Assembly (NCBI GenBank): GCA_963707325.1
Contig: CAVPPV010000001.1
Span: 188,416-252,415, forward strand
DNA: 64,000 nucleotides
Direction of reading: 5' to 3'
From: an uncultured Acidobacteriaceae bacterium
Lineage (GTDB): Bacteria > Acidobacteriota > Terriglobia > Terriglobales > Acidobacteriaceae
The position numbers and the translations under genes are program-made. The notes below the pieces were generated by a model. That model was not told the DNA's origin. It saw only the letters and a program-made list of their open reading frames with translations, and searched no databases. This document shows, piece by piece, positions 38,211 through 48,200 of this stretch; position 1 is the first letter of the stretch; each line of letters opens with the position of its first letter.

Positions 38211-38726
38211 GTGAAAATTCTCTGGATAGCGTGTTTGTGTCTTTCCTTCGGAAATGCCCTGGCGCAGTCGTCCGACAAGGGGCCTGCTGAGAAGGAGCCT
38301 GCCGCCATAGTCGAAATTGGGGGTGCTGCGTCTCAGAGCCTCACTGGAGATGGCTCGAGTTTCGGCCCTACGGTTGCGGTGGAAGTTACGCCGATCGAGG
38401 ACCGGCTGGAAGTTGAGGCGGGGGTTACATCGCTTTTCAGACGGCACTCGACCGAGTGGGATGCCGACCTTATTTTCAAGAAGCCCTGGACTCTGTCGAA
38501 GAAGGCGGAGTTTATGGTTGGCATGGGGCCGGAGTGGATTCATGCAAGACGCTACGGAATGACAACGAATGCAGTCGGGGCTGAAGTCTCGACCGATTTT
38601 ATGTATTGGCCGTCTGCAAAACGCAGGTTCGGCTGGTATGTCGAACCAGGTTACGAATACAGTTTTGGGCGCGGACATGAGCAATCGCTGGGCGTAAGCG
38701 GTGGCTTGCTGATTGCGATCCCGTGA
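38211..38726 (+). CDS. Secreted hypothetical protein (possibly small beta-barrel)
   Basis: Signal peptide MKILWIACLCLSFGNALA. Alternating beta-strand-like pattern. GTG start. Confidence 0.55.
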   Translation: MKILWIACLCLSFGNALAQSSDKGPAEKEPAAIVEIGGAASQSLTGDGSSFGPTVAVEVTPIEDRLEVEAGVTSLFRRHSTEWDADLIFKKPWTLSKKAEFMVGMGPEWIHARRYGMTTNAVGAEVSTDFMYWPSAKRRFGWYVEPGYEYSFGRGHEQSLGVSGGLLIAIP

Positions 38727-38759
38727 GAACGATTGCTCGGGATGACGATCAACCTGCGG

Positions 38760-39362
38760 TCAGAGGCGGCCGTTCATAGCTTGAGCTATCAAGAGCGCTC
38801 CAATGCCAGCCAAGCCGAGGTAGATGTATTTCAGGAAAGCGTCCCCCTGCATGCGATGGTTGATCATCCGGCCGAGGAAAACGCCGAGCAGCGTGACCGG
38901 AAGTGAGAGCAGAAAATAATGGGTTACGGCGTGAACCCAAAGTCCGGCCAGCCAATAGCCGCTCATACCGATGAGGCTGGCAGGTAGAAAATATCCCTGC
39001 AGAGTCGCCCGGAAGTGCTGGGCGGACCACCGCCGCATGGCTCCATAAATGACGAGGGGCGGGCCATTCATTCCGTAGGCTCCGCCCAGTACGCCGGCGA
39101 AGAATCCACAGGCGAAGAGCCATCCGCGACTGTCTCGCCGTAGTTGCGGGGGTGCGCGGCCGATCAAGGAGTAGAGGGAGAAGGCCACGATAATCACTCC
39201 CAGCACAGCCTTCACGACTCTTTGATGGGTGCTTGTCAGGAGCCAAAGGCCGAGCGGGATACCAAGAAGGGTGGAGAGCACCAGCCACACCGCGCTCCGG
39301 AGGTGGATTTTCTTCCAGTCCTGCACCACCACGATGCCGGCGATGGTAATGGAGACCAGCAC
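38760..39362 (-). CDS. TauE/SafE (DUF81) family anion exporter; N-terminus appears unannotatable
   Basis: Multi-TM protein with GVLGGAYGMNGPPLV. The hydrophobic in-frame sequence continues upstream to 39569 without ATG, GTG or TTG. Confidence 0.75.
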   Translation of the reverse strand: MLVSITIAGIVVVQDWKKIHLRSAVWLVLSTLLGIPLGLWLLTSTHQRVVKAVLGVIIVAFSLYSLIGRAPPQLRRDSRGWLFACGFFAGVLGGAYGMNGPPLVIYGAMRRWSAQHFRATLQGYFLPASLIGMSGYWLAGLWVHAVTHYFLLSLPVTLLGVFLGRMINHRMQGDAFLKYIYLGLAGIGALLIAQAMNGRL

Positions 39363-39686
39363 GACGAGTGGGGCCGCAACCTCCAGGGGGATGAAGAAAG
39401 CGAGCAGCGGAACTGCGATGAGAGCCTCGCCAAAGCCGAAGGCGGAGCGAATCAGCGTGGCGACAAAGACGATGACTAAGACCTCTAGTGTAGTCGCGTC
39501 GATTCGGATCTCCCGAGGCGAGCGGAATTTCCTGGCAGGCAGGCCCTCGCGTCCATGAAGGTTATTTTCTCACGATCCAAATCGTGCCAGGGGTGGGCGT
39601 GGCATCGTTCCCGCGCGCAATTGCCCTGTGTTACACTTTGTAATTCGCAGACAAGTTCCCGCTGATACAGGACATCCGACCCGCAC

Positions 39687-39965
39687 ATGCTTCTTTCCAA
39701 GGAATATGTGGGCTACCTGGCCCGCGAAGTTACCAAGAAATTGATTGCCGCCAAGGCCATCGAGACGTCGGCCGTGCCGAAGGTTACGGAGCGCGTGCAC
39801 GCGGCTCTGCTCGAGGAAATGACACTGGAAGACCGCATCAACGACGAAGTGCGGGTCATTCTCGAAGCGTATTCCGAAGAGATGAACAAGACCGGCGCCA
39901 ACTACCAGGAGATGTTCCGCAAGGTGAAGAGCGAACTGGTGCGCAAGTACAAGGCGGTGCTGTGA
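39687..39965 (+). CDS. DUF507 family protein
   Basis: 92 aa. Paired with its downstream paralog by a GTGA overlap. Confidence 0.7.
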   Translation: MLLSKEYVGYLAREVTKKLIAAKAIETSAVPKVTERVHAALLEEMTLEDRINDEVRVILEAYSEEMNKTGANYQEMFRKVKSELVRKYKAVL

Positions 39966-40237
39966 GACTGAGCCGCGACAAAGTGAATGTGCTGGCGCGA
40001 GCGGTGGCTGACGCGCTGAAGGCGATGGACGAAGTCGATTTCATCGAAGACCCCAACACCATCCGCCAGGAAACCCGCAAGATTCTCGAAGACCTGCTCA
40101 ACCACGAAGAACGGATCGACGTTGCCGCCCGGCAAAAGATCGAGAGCCAAAAGCGTACCATCCTTGAAGGCTCGCAGGAGTGGGACATCCTCTACCGCAA
40201 GTACTACAACGAGGAAGTGAAGAAGCTGGGAATCTGA
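39962..40237 (+). CDS. DUF507 family protein
   Basis: MRLSRDKVNVLARAV..EGSQEWDILYRKYYNEE is the typical DUF507 pattern as I recall it. Confidence 0.7.
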   Translation: MRLSRDKVNVLARAVADALKAMDEVDFIEDPNTIRQETRKILEDLLNHEERIDVAARQKIESQKRTILEGSQEWDILYRKYYNEEVKKLGI

Positions 40238-40275
40238 TTTCGGCTGGCGCGTCGCACTCAATGAGGGACCAACGA

Positions 40276-41304
40276 ATGACGAAACGTATTAGGACGCTGT
40301 TCTGTCTTGTTGGCTGCGCCGGGTTTTTCGCGGCAACTGCTCTGCCTTGCTCAGCCCAGTTCAAGGCCTGGGTCATGGCCAAACTTCCCGACACGCCTGA
40401 GGGCCTCGGAGTTGATGCGCACGGAAACCTCTATGCGACGCTGATGCATATTGGGGAAGTCGTCATGCTGAAGGAGGATGGCGGCTACGATCACATCGCG
40501 TGGGTTCCGTCAAAGGAAGAGAGTGGAAACGGAGACCTGATCGGGCTCGATCTCGACGAGGCCGGTAACATCTACGTGGCGTACACGGGCCATTCGAAAC
40601 GGGACTTCAGGAAAGACTTGGGCGATCCCTTCCATCCGGCTTGCCGCGATGCGACGGTAACCCGCTCCGGGGTTTATAAGATCGACGCCAAAACCCGAGC
40701 GGTCACGCCCCTCGCCACAAAAGCCGAGGGCTGGCCGTTCTGCTATCCGGACGACGTTGCGATTGATGCCAGCGGCAACGTCTACATGACGGACCTCACA
40801 TACTCGGGAATTTGGAAAATCTCACCAGACGGGAAAAAGGTAGACCTGTGGTCGGCCCACCCTCTACTCAACTGGTCGGCCACGCCTTATTCCGGATTTC
40901 CCCTGGGCGTTAACGATCTGGTGCTCGACAAGCAACAGAAGAACATTTATGCGGTTACGGACGGCGACCCGAAGATCGTCAGGATTCCGATCAAGGAAGA
41001 TGGGACGGCGGGAGAACCGGTTGCGTTGCCCTACGGCTTCTCAGCATTCGATGGGATTGAACTGGACGGCAAAGGCAACATCTACGTGTCCGAACTTTTG
41101 CTAAACCAGATATGGGTGCTTTCACCCGACGGTTCGCAGCGCATTCTGATCGCCACCAAGCAGAACGCGCCCTTGGATAACAACACCAGCCTGGTTATGA
41201 AAGGCGACGTACTTTGTACCGCGAATCTCGGCTTCCTCCACGCGAAGCTAGAGGAGGCGGACCGTACGGTTGTCTGCATGAAGGGGTTTCCGCTGCCGAA
41301 ATAG
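40276..41304 (+). CDS. Secreted six-bladed beta-propeller (SMP-30/gluconolactonase/NHL-like) protein
   Basis: Signal peptide. Repeated GN(L/I/V)Y(A/V).. blades. Confidence 0.7.
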   Translation: MTKRIRTLFCLVGCAGFFAATALPCSAQFKAWVMAKLPDTPEGLGVDAHGNLYATLMHIGEVVMLKEDGGYDHIAWVPSKEESGNGDLIGLDLDEAGNIYVAYTGHSKRDFRKDLGDPFHPACRDATVTRSGVYKIDAKTRAVTPLATKAEGWPFCYPDDVAIDASGNVYMTDLTYSGIWKISPDGKKVDLWSAHPLLNWSATPYSGFPLGVNDLVLDKQQKNIYAVTDGDPKIVRIPIKEDGTAGEPVALPYGFSAFDGIELDGKGNIYVSELLLNQIWVLSPDGSQRILIATKQNAPLDNNTSLVMKGDVLCTANLGFLHAKLEEADRTVVCMKGFPLPK

Positions 41305-41392
41305 CCGACGGCCGCCCAAAGGCCGCTACGCCCAAGGCTTGAGTTTTCAGGGCTTGTTTGCGGCACAGATCCTGGCTCGTGCTTCGAGTCGT

Positions 41393-42514
41393 ATGTTGCG
41401 ATCCGCTGAAATCACGGCTGTGGTTACGCGCGCCGCTACCGAGGCGGGTTTCGAGCTGGCGGGAGTCGCTGCAGTAGATGACGCCCCGGAGCTGGAATAC
41501 TTTCCCCGCTGGATTGCCGAGGGGCGCGGCGGCGAGATGAAGTATCTGGAAGCGCGCGACGAGCAGGGGCGACTGAAGCGTGCGTCTCTGGCGTATGCCG
41601 CGCCCTGGGCTCGCAGCGTAGTGGTGTGCGCCATCAACTACAACACGGCGCAGCCGTACTCCACGCAGGCGACGGATGCGAGCCGAGGCTGGATTTCCCG
41701 CTACGCCTGGAGCCAGCAGGACTACCACGAGTCAGTGATGCAACGGCTGCGGCGGGTTGAAGCGGCATTGAGAGATGCAGATGGGAGCGATGATCTGGTT
41801 ACACGCTGTTACGTCGATACCGGGCCGATTATTGAGCGGGTGGTGGCGAAGTACGCGGGCATTGGCTGGATCGGGAAGAATACCTGCATCATCAACCAGA
41901 AGCTGGGGTCCTGGCTTTTTCTGGGCGTGATTCTGACTTCGATCGAACTCGATTCTGATTTCGAACGAAGCCTGCCTGCGCCGGATCGTTGTGGGAGTTG
42001 CACGCGCTGTATCGAGGCGTGTCCAACGGACGCGTTCATGGCGCCTTATCGGCTTGATTCCAACAAGTGCATTTCCTATCTCACGATCGAAAAACGAGGG
42101 GCAATTCCTGAGGAACTTCGCGGCGGGATGGGGCGGCACGTATTTGGCTGCGATATCTGCCAGGATGTGTGCCCTTGGAACCGGAAGGCGCCGGCAACGA
42201 ACGCAGGTGAATTTCAGCCGCGGGCGGAGTTGGTAAATCCTGCGCTGGAATGGCTGGCCGAGATGAGTACGGAAGAATTTCGTGACACGTTTCGTGGGTC
42301 GCCGGTGCGAAGAGCGAAACGCGCGGGGCTGCGGCGGAATGCGGTGATCGCCATGGGGAATAGCGGGGACGGGAAGTTCCTTCCGCTGCTTGGCAAGCTG
42401 GCGGGGGATGAGGACGAAGTGGTGGCTGAGAGCGCTGCCTGGGCTATCCGGAAGCTGGCGGCAATCCAGTACGAAAAGAACACGACTTACCGCGGTAAAT
42501 TTAGAAAATCTTAA
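41393..42514 (+). CDS. queG: Epoxyqueuosine reductase
   Basis: CGSCTRCIEACPTDAF, CISYLTIE, GCDICQDVCPWN. C-terminal HEAT-like repeat. Confidence 0.92.
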   Translation: MLRSAEITAVVTRAATEAGFELAGVAAVDDAPELEYFPRWIAEGRGGEMKYLEARDEQGRLKRASLAYAAPWARSVVVCAINYNTAQPYSTQATDASRGWISRYAWSQQDYHESVMQRLRRVEAALRDADGSDDLVTRCYVDTGPIIERVVAKYAGIGWIGKNTCIINQKLGSWLFLGVILTSIELDSDFERSLPAPDRCGSCTRCIEACPTDAFMAPYRLDSNKCISYLTIEKRGAIPEELRGGMGRHVFGCDICQDVCPWNRKAPATNAGEFQPRAELVNPALEWLAEMSTEEFRDTFRGSPVRRAKRAGLRRNAVIAMGNSGDGKFLPLLGKLAGDEDEVVAESAAWAIRKLAAIQYEKNTTYRGKFRKS

Positions 42515-42585
42515 ACACAGGGGACCCTTCGGGTACTCTCAGGGCAGGCACAGAGGAGCACAGGGTGAACCCCTCAGTGCCGCGG

Positions 42586-45044
42586 TCAGCGGGCGGGGTC
42601 GAACTCCTCTTTGTAGGACTGCCAGCGCTGGCGGACGCCGGCCATGATGGACTGGTAGTCCGGGTCGGAGCGCAGGCTGTCGTAGTTCTTGTCACGCGCG
42701 AACCAGGGGTAGTTCACATCTCCGAGGGTGACCGCGCGTTTCAGGAAATGAAGTGCGTCCTGCCGGTCGCCGAGCAGGGCGTGGATGGCTCCGATCCAGT
42801 AGGCGGCATCGCCATCGATGAGCTGTTCGGGACGGTACCGCAATAGTCCGGCGTCGATCTTTTCCCGCTGGTGGCGCGATGCATAAAGAAAACCTGCCAT
42901 CGCCTGGGGGGTCCCGTCGCTTGAGTCGGGAGCGAGTAGAACGGCGCGATCCAGATGCGCTTGGGCCTCGTCAAGTTTGCCTTCGTAATAGAGTACTCCG
43001 CCGAGGTAGGCCAAGGCCTTGAATTGGTCCGGATTTTGCGCTACCACCTGCCGCATTTCCTGTTCCGCTTCCTGCGCTTTACCACTGTATAGCAACATGC
43101 GGGCGTGCATCCAGCGGGGCTGAGGAGGGTGGGATTCAATTCTACGACCCGGCGGTAGGACTGCTCGGCCAGTTCATTGAGTCCAGCGTAGTAGCGGGAA
43201 TATCCCAGAGCCAGCCAGTCGGTTTCGTTGTTGGGGGCGAGAGCAACAGCCTGTCTGAGAGTGCGGATTGCTTCTCGCTCCCGGCCCTCCTCACCATAAA
43301 TCGTTCCCAGCGCAATCAATCCTTCCGCCGACTGAGGATTGATCCGCAATGCGTTCTGGGCAGCCACCTCGGCGCGCTTCAGATTCGCCCCGGCATCGGG
43401 AAGAAAGTTTGCGCTCTGAAACGCATACAAATATGCCAGCAGGGCATAGGCGTCGGCGAAATTCTTGTCCAGGGAAATGGCATGCAAGAGGAGACGCTGG
43501 CCATTTTTGAGGCTCTCCACGCGGGAACTCATCGAGTATTCGTTCTGATAAAAGCGGGCTTCGAGGTAATCGTTGTAGGCATCTACGCTGGTGGTTACAG
43601 GCTGTTGTATCGACTTCTGCTCGGCTGGAGAGATTTCGATCTGGAGGCCTTCTACGACCTTGGTTGCGATTTGGTCTTCAAAGCTCAGTATGTCGGCGCT
43701 GTGCAGATCATAGCGTTGCGACCACCGGGTATTGCCGGTGTGGCCATCGATCAGTTGTACTGTCACGCGGATTACGTCGGAAGAACGCTGATACGTGCCT
43801 TCCAGGACGCTTTCCACGTTTAATGCCTTGGCCACTTCCGCTGGCTCGGGCGCGTCCTTGGCATACTTCAGGACGGATGTGGTTGGTCTGACGGCGAGGT
43901 TCTGCAATGAGGTTAAGCGGCTGATGATGGCGTCGGTAATGCCGATGCCCCAACTGTCAGTCGTGGCTGCGGAAATATCGCGGAAGGGAAGTACGGCCAT
44001 GGTTTCCGGAGCTTTTGAAACAACTTTTTCCGCCTGCGGGGAGTGAGAGGCGGGGCCGTACGCGCGGAATGCAACGGCGGCGAGAACCGCGACCAGCAAC
44101 GCTGCCGTAACCAGGATCAACGGCTTGCGGTATCGGCCTGCTGGCGACGACGCGGTTTCGGGGTTGATCTGCAGCCGCTGCGATTCGGTATCGCGCTTGA
44201 GTCGTTTCAGGTCGGCTTTCAACTCCGTGGCGGACTGGTAGCGGACGTCGCGATCTTTTTCCAGGGACTTGGCGATGATGTCTTCGAGCTTGGCCGGGAG
44301 ATCGGGATTCAAACGCACCCCGGCGGCGGGCTGTTTGTGAAGAATGGAATCGAAGATCACGCCCGAGGAGTCACCACGAAAGGGCAGGGTGCCCGTCGCC
44401 ATTTCGTAGAGCACCACACCGAAGGAAAAAAGATCGGTGCGGGCGTCCAAGTCCTTGGCCAAGACCTGCTCGGGCGACATGTAGGCGACGGTTCCCAGGG
44501 TGCTGCCGGGGCTGGTGAGATGCTCCTCGGCTACCAGCGTGGCAGTGGCTTCGATGGCGACAGCTTCGGGCTTGGGCGTGACCTTGGCCAATCCGAAGTC
44601 GAGAATCTTGACGTGACCGCGCGAGGTTACAAAGATGTTTGCCGGCTTGATGTCGCGATGAACAATGCCCTTGGCGTGCGCGGCCTCGAGCCCATCGGCA
44701 ATCTGGATGCTCAAGTCGAGGACGGTTTCGACCTGCATTGGCACGCCACCAATCCTGTGCTTCAGCGTCACTCCTTCCAGAAACTCCATGGCGATGAAGG
44801 CTTCGCCGTGCTGGTCGTCAATTTCATAAATGGTGCAGATGTTGGGATGATTCAGTGCGGAGGAGGCCTTGGCTTCGCGCTGGAAGCGGCTGAGGGCTTG
44901 CGGGTCTTTGGCTACATCGTCGGGGAGGAATTTAAGGGCGACAAAGCGGCCGAGCTTTATGTCTTCGGCTTTGTAGACCACACCCATGCCGCCGCCGCCC
45001 AGCTTCTCTACGATGCGGTAGTGCGAGATGGTTTGGCCGATCAA
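42586..45044 (-). pseudogene. Ser/Thr protein kinase with C-terminal TPR domain, apparent frameshift
   Basis: Kinase motifs [26 protein letters not shown]. ORFs 43041-45044 and 42586-43110 join as ..[21 protein letters not shown] if one base is added to the G run at 43116-43119. Confidence 0.88.
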
Positions 45045-45212
45045 GGGATGCGATCTCGTTCTGCGCGACCATATTAGGAGGGGCAGATGCGGCGCGTCAA
45101 TGAAGTGCGGGGGTGGGTATTGGCTGAAGTCTGCGCGCTAGAATGGTATTCAGGCACGACATCGGGTGGGCGCGCCCCCGAAAGCCGGCTTTTTCCAACG
45201 CACTCCATCTGC

Positions 45213-48200
45213 TTACTGGATATTCACGTTCACCACGAACACCTGTGGCGTACTGTAAAAAAATGGCTGAGTTGTACCGGCGTTTGGGGTGTACGCGCCG
45301 TCGACCATAAATTTGTAGATCCCAGGCGTTGTGCCGGGAATCGTCCGGCCACCTCCGCCGCTCGCACCACCGCCGCCACAGCTCACCAAGGCCATGCTCC
45401 CCGCCAGCACAATCAGCAAGCACAGAGCGGTCCCGTGGAGGCGAACGCGCCTTCGCAGCGGCCATGCAACCACGAGAATCCCGGCAACGAAGGTGAGAGA
45501 TTGCGCCGCGAGCCACCGCGGACTTTTGATCGTTTCCGCACGCGAGACCGTCGTCGGTCCCGTCGAGCTAATCGTCATGGCGGAGGTCACCGCAGTGGCG
45601 CTCGTCACATTCACCGATGCCGGAACCGAGCACGTGGGAAGATGCTGCGCTCCTGGCGGATAATATGCGATCGTACACGCAAAGTAGACTGGCCCGGTAA
45701 ATCCGTTAGACGGCGTCACCGTGAGCGCAGAAGTGTTGCCCGTGGTCGCGCCCGCTGCAAACGATACAGAACTCGCCGACGTTATGGTGAACATATTCAG
45801 CATCGTAACCGAGACGACAGTACCGCTGGGAGCATATGTCGAATCTCCGCTGTAGCTCACGTTCACAATGACCGTGCCGGGGCTCCAATAGCCGCCCCCA
45901 AAGTCAAAGCTGCAGGAACCATTCACCAAGGTGCAGCTAGCGCTGTAGCTTCCGCCGGGTCCATAAGCATACAAACCAGCGTATCCGGTCGGAGTCGGCT
46001 GCCCGCTCACCCCCGCAACATTGGCAGTGACAATCAGGTCCTGGGTCGGAAGCAGCGAGGACGCGTTCGCACTGGCAGTAAGAATGCCCGCCGACTGCTG
46101 CGTCACGGTGACTTGTACGGAATTGCTGGAATTCCCAGCATTATAGTTGCTATCCCCGCCATAGCTCGCTGTCACTGAACTCGTACCGACCGGCAGATTG
46201 CTCACTGTGATCGATGCGGCTGCAACGCTCGGATTGTAATAAGGGGGCGGCCCCAAGGTAGCCGTTCCAAGCGTTTTATTTCCCAAGTAAAACGTGGCCG
46301 TACCGGTGGGCGGCTCCGCCAACCCAGTGATCCCCACAATGAGCGTCAGTGTCACCGGGCTGCCGGACTCCACAGTTGCATTCAGTCCGAGGTTCGGACC
46401 TACTGCGAGATTGATCGCCGGTGAGATCTTAGTAATCGTGAAACTCAGCGGGGTTGAGCTTGAAGATGTATTGAAGCTGGCGTCGCCCGAATAGGTGGCA
46501 GCCACAGTGTGCGCTCCCACAGAGAAGCCAGTAGCGGGTGCCCACTCCGCTGTACCTGCGCCATTAAGAGCTAGCGGTCCGGAGGTGGAGTTCCCAGCCG
46601 CAGCCGTATCCGTGAAATTCACTGTGCCTGTTGCGATTCCATCAGTAGTGCCGGGCGCCGCATTGACTCCACCGGGCCGTGCGTCGATCGCAATGTAAGT
46701 ACCATAAGGGTAGCTGCTGCCGTTTGTAAGCGGCGTATAGGAAGTGGCACCGTAGGAATAGGTATTCCCGGACAGAGAGATGGTGCTATTCTCCGGCGCG
46801 ATATTCACCGATACCGGGTTGGAAGTGCTGGAAGCGAAAACACTGTCTCCACCGTAGCGCGCACTTACCTTATATTGGCCTCCGGGAAGACTGTTCACGC
46901 TGCCGCTTGCCGCTCCGCTCTGCAGGGTTAGGAGCTTTAGTCCCTCATTGTTCTGTGGAGTTGCGGTCGTAACCAGGGCCACACCCCCGGAGGGAGTCCC
47001 ACCGCTCCCAGTTACACCGACATTTACCGTGATCGGAGTGCCATGCGTGAAGCTAGTCTGGCTGAGGCTGAGGTTGGTCGAGGTTGACTTAAAACTAAGC
47101 GCGTTCCAGTTGTTAAACAGCTGATTCGCGTCCACGCTGCCCAACCCAGTCGCCAAGTCGTATCCCGTACCCGCATAGTACCCGAACGTGTAATAGCCCT
47201 TTGTGTTGTCGCTGGCTGTGCTCAGAGTGCAATTCGGTGTGCCCTGCTGGCATGGCACGATGTTGCTCCCAGTCGTGATGTCGTGAAATGCGGAAGGGTG
47301 CTGCGCTGCCAAGGGGTAGAGTATGTAGTTGGCTTGTCCCTGCGGTCCATATTTCTGTTCGATTAACGCCAGAATGCCCGCCATTGCCGGAGACGATGCC
47401 GATGTACCTCCTACGATCCCAATCGTGAGATCGCCGTCGGAAACGACGCAGTAGCCCTCCCCCGGGCAGAAGGGATAGAAGGTGTCGTTCTCGCCCGCCG
47501 CGGCAAACAACGACACGTCAGGAAGATCACGGACCCCGTCGTTGGGAACACCTTTTCCCGTCTGCCACGAAGGCTTGGGATATCCAGCGGAGCACGAACT
47601 GTAAGTGCCATCGGAAGCGTCGGTCCCGGTCGCGCAACTGCTCGGTCCGCCACTGCCCGCAACGATAGTGGGGATGCCGGAGTTGTAAACGCCGCCATCC
47701 GCAAGATTCAGTCCGAACGGTTCGTTCCACGCTTGCTCCGGCACAGGTTGCAAAAGAGACGTCGTAGGGAAAATAGTTTGGACCGTGTCCCAATAAGTCG
47801 CCAGCTGAGTTTGCTGTGCTGACGAAGTTTCGTTGTAGCTGCTGTAATAGAAGTCGGTGCCACCCACAGAAACGTTCCAGGGAGTGGAACTGAACCCGTT
47901 CATGGCAATCCCGTACTGCGCCGGCTGAGCTTCGTTGAAGTTGTCGCAGCCTGCTGACCCACCGTCCCCGGCCGAAACAAACGAGGTCTGCCCTTGCGCC
48001 GCTGCCTGCTCCCACAAGGAATACCAGAACTGGTTTCCTGCCGAGCCCAGATCTTGTTCGCACAAACCGTAGCTCGTGCTGAGGATTGAGGCTTGATCGT
48101 CGTCCACGGCTCTTTGCGCGGCCAGATACAGTCCAGATTGCACCGAGGTGTCGGCCGCGGTGTATAGGTTGATGGTTGCTCCCGGGGCGACAGCACCACT

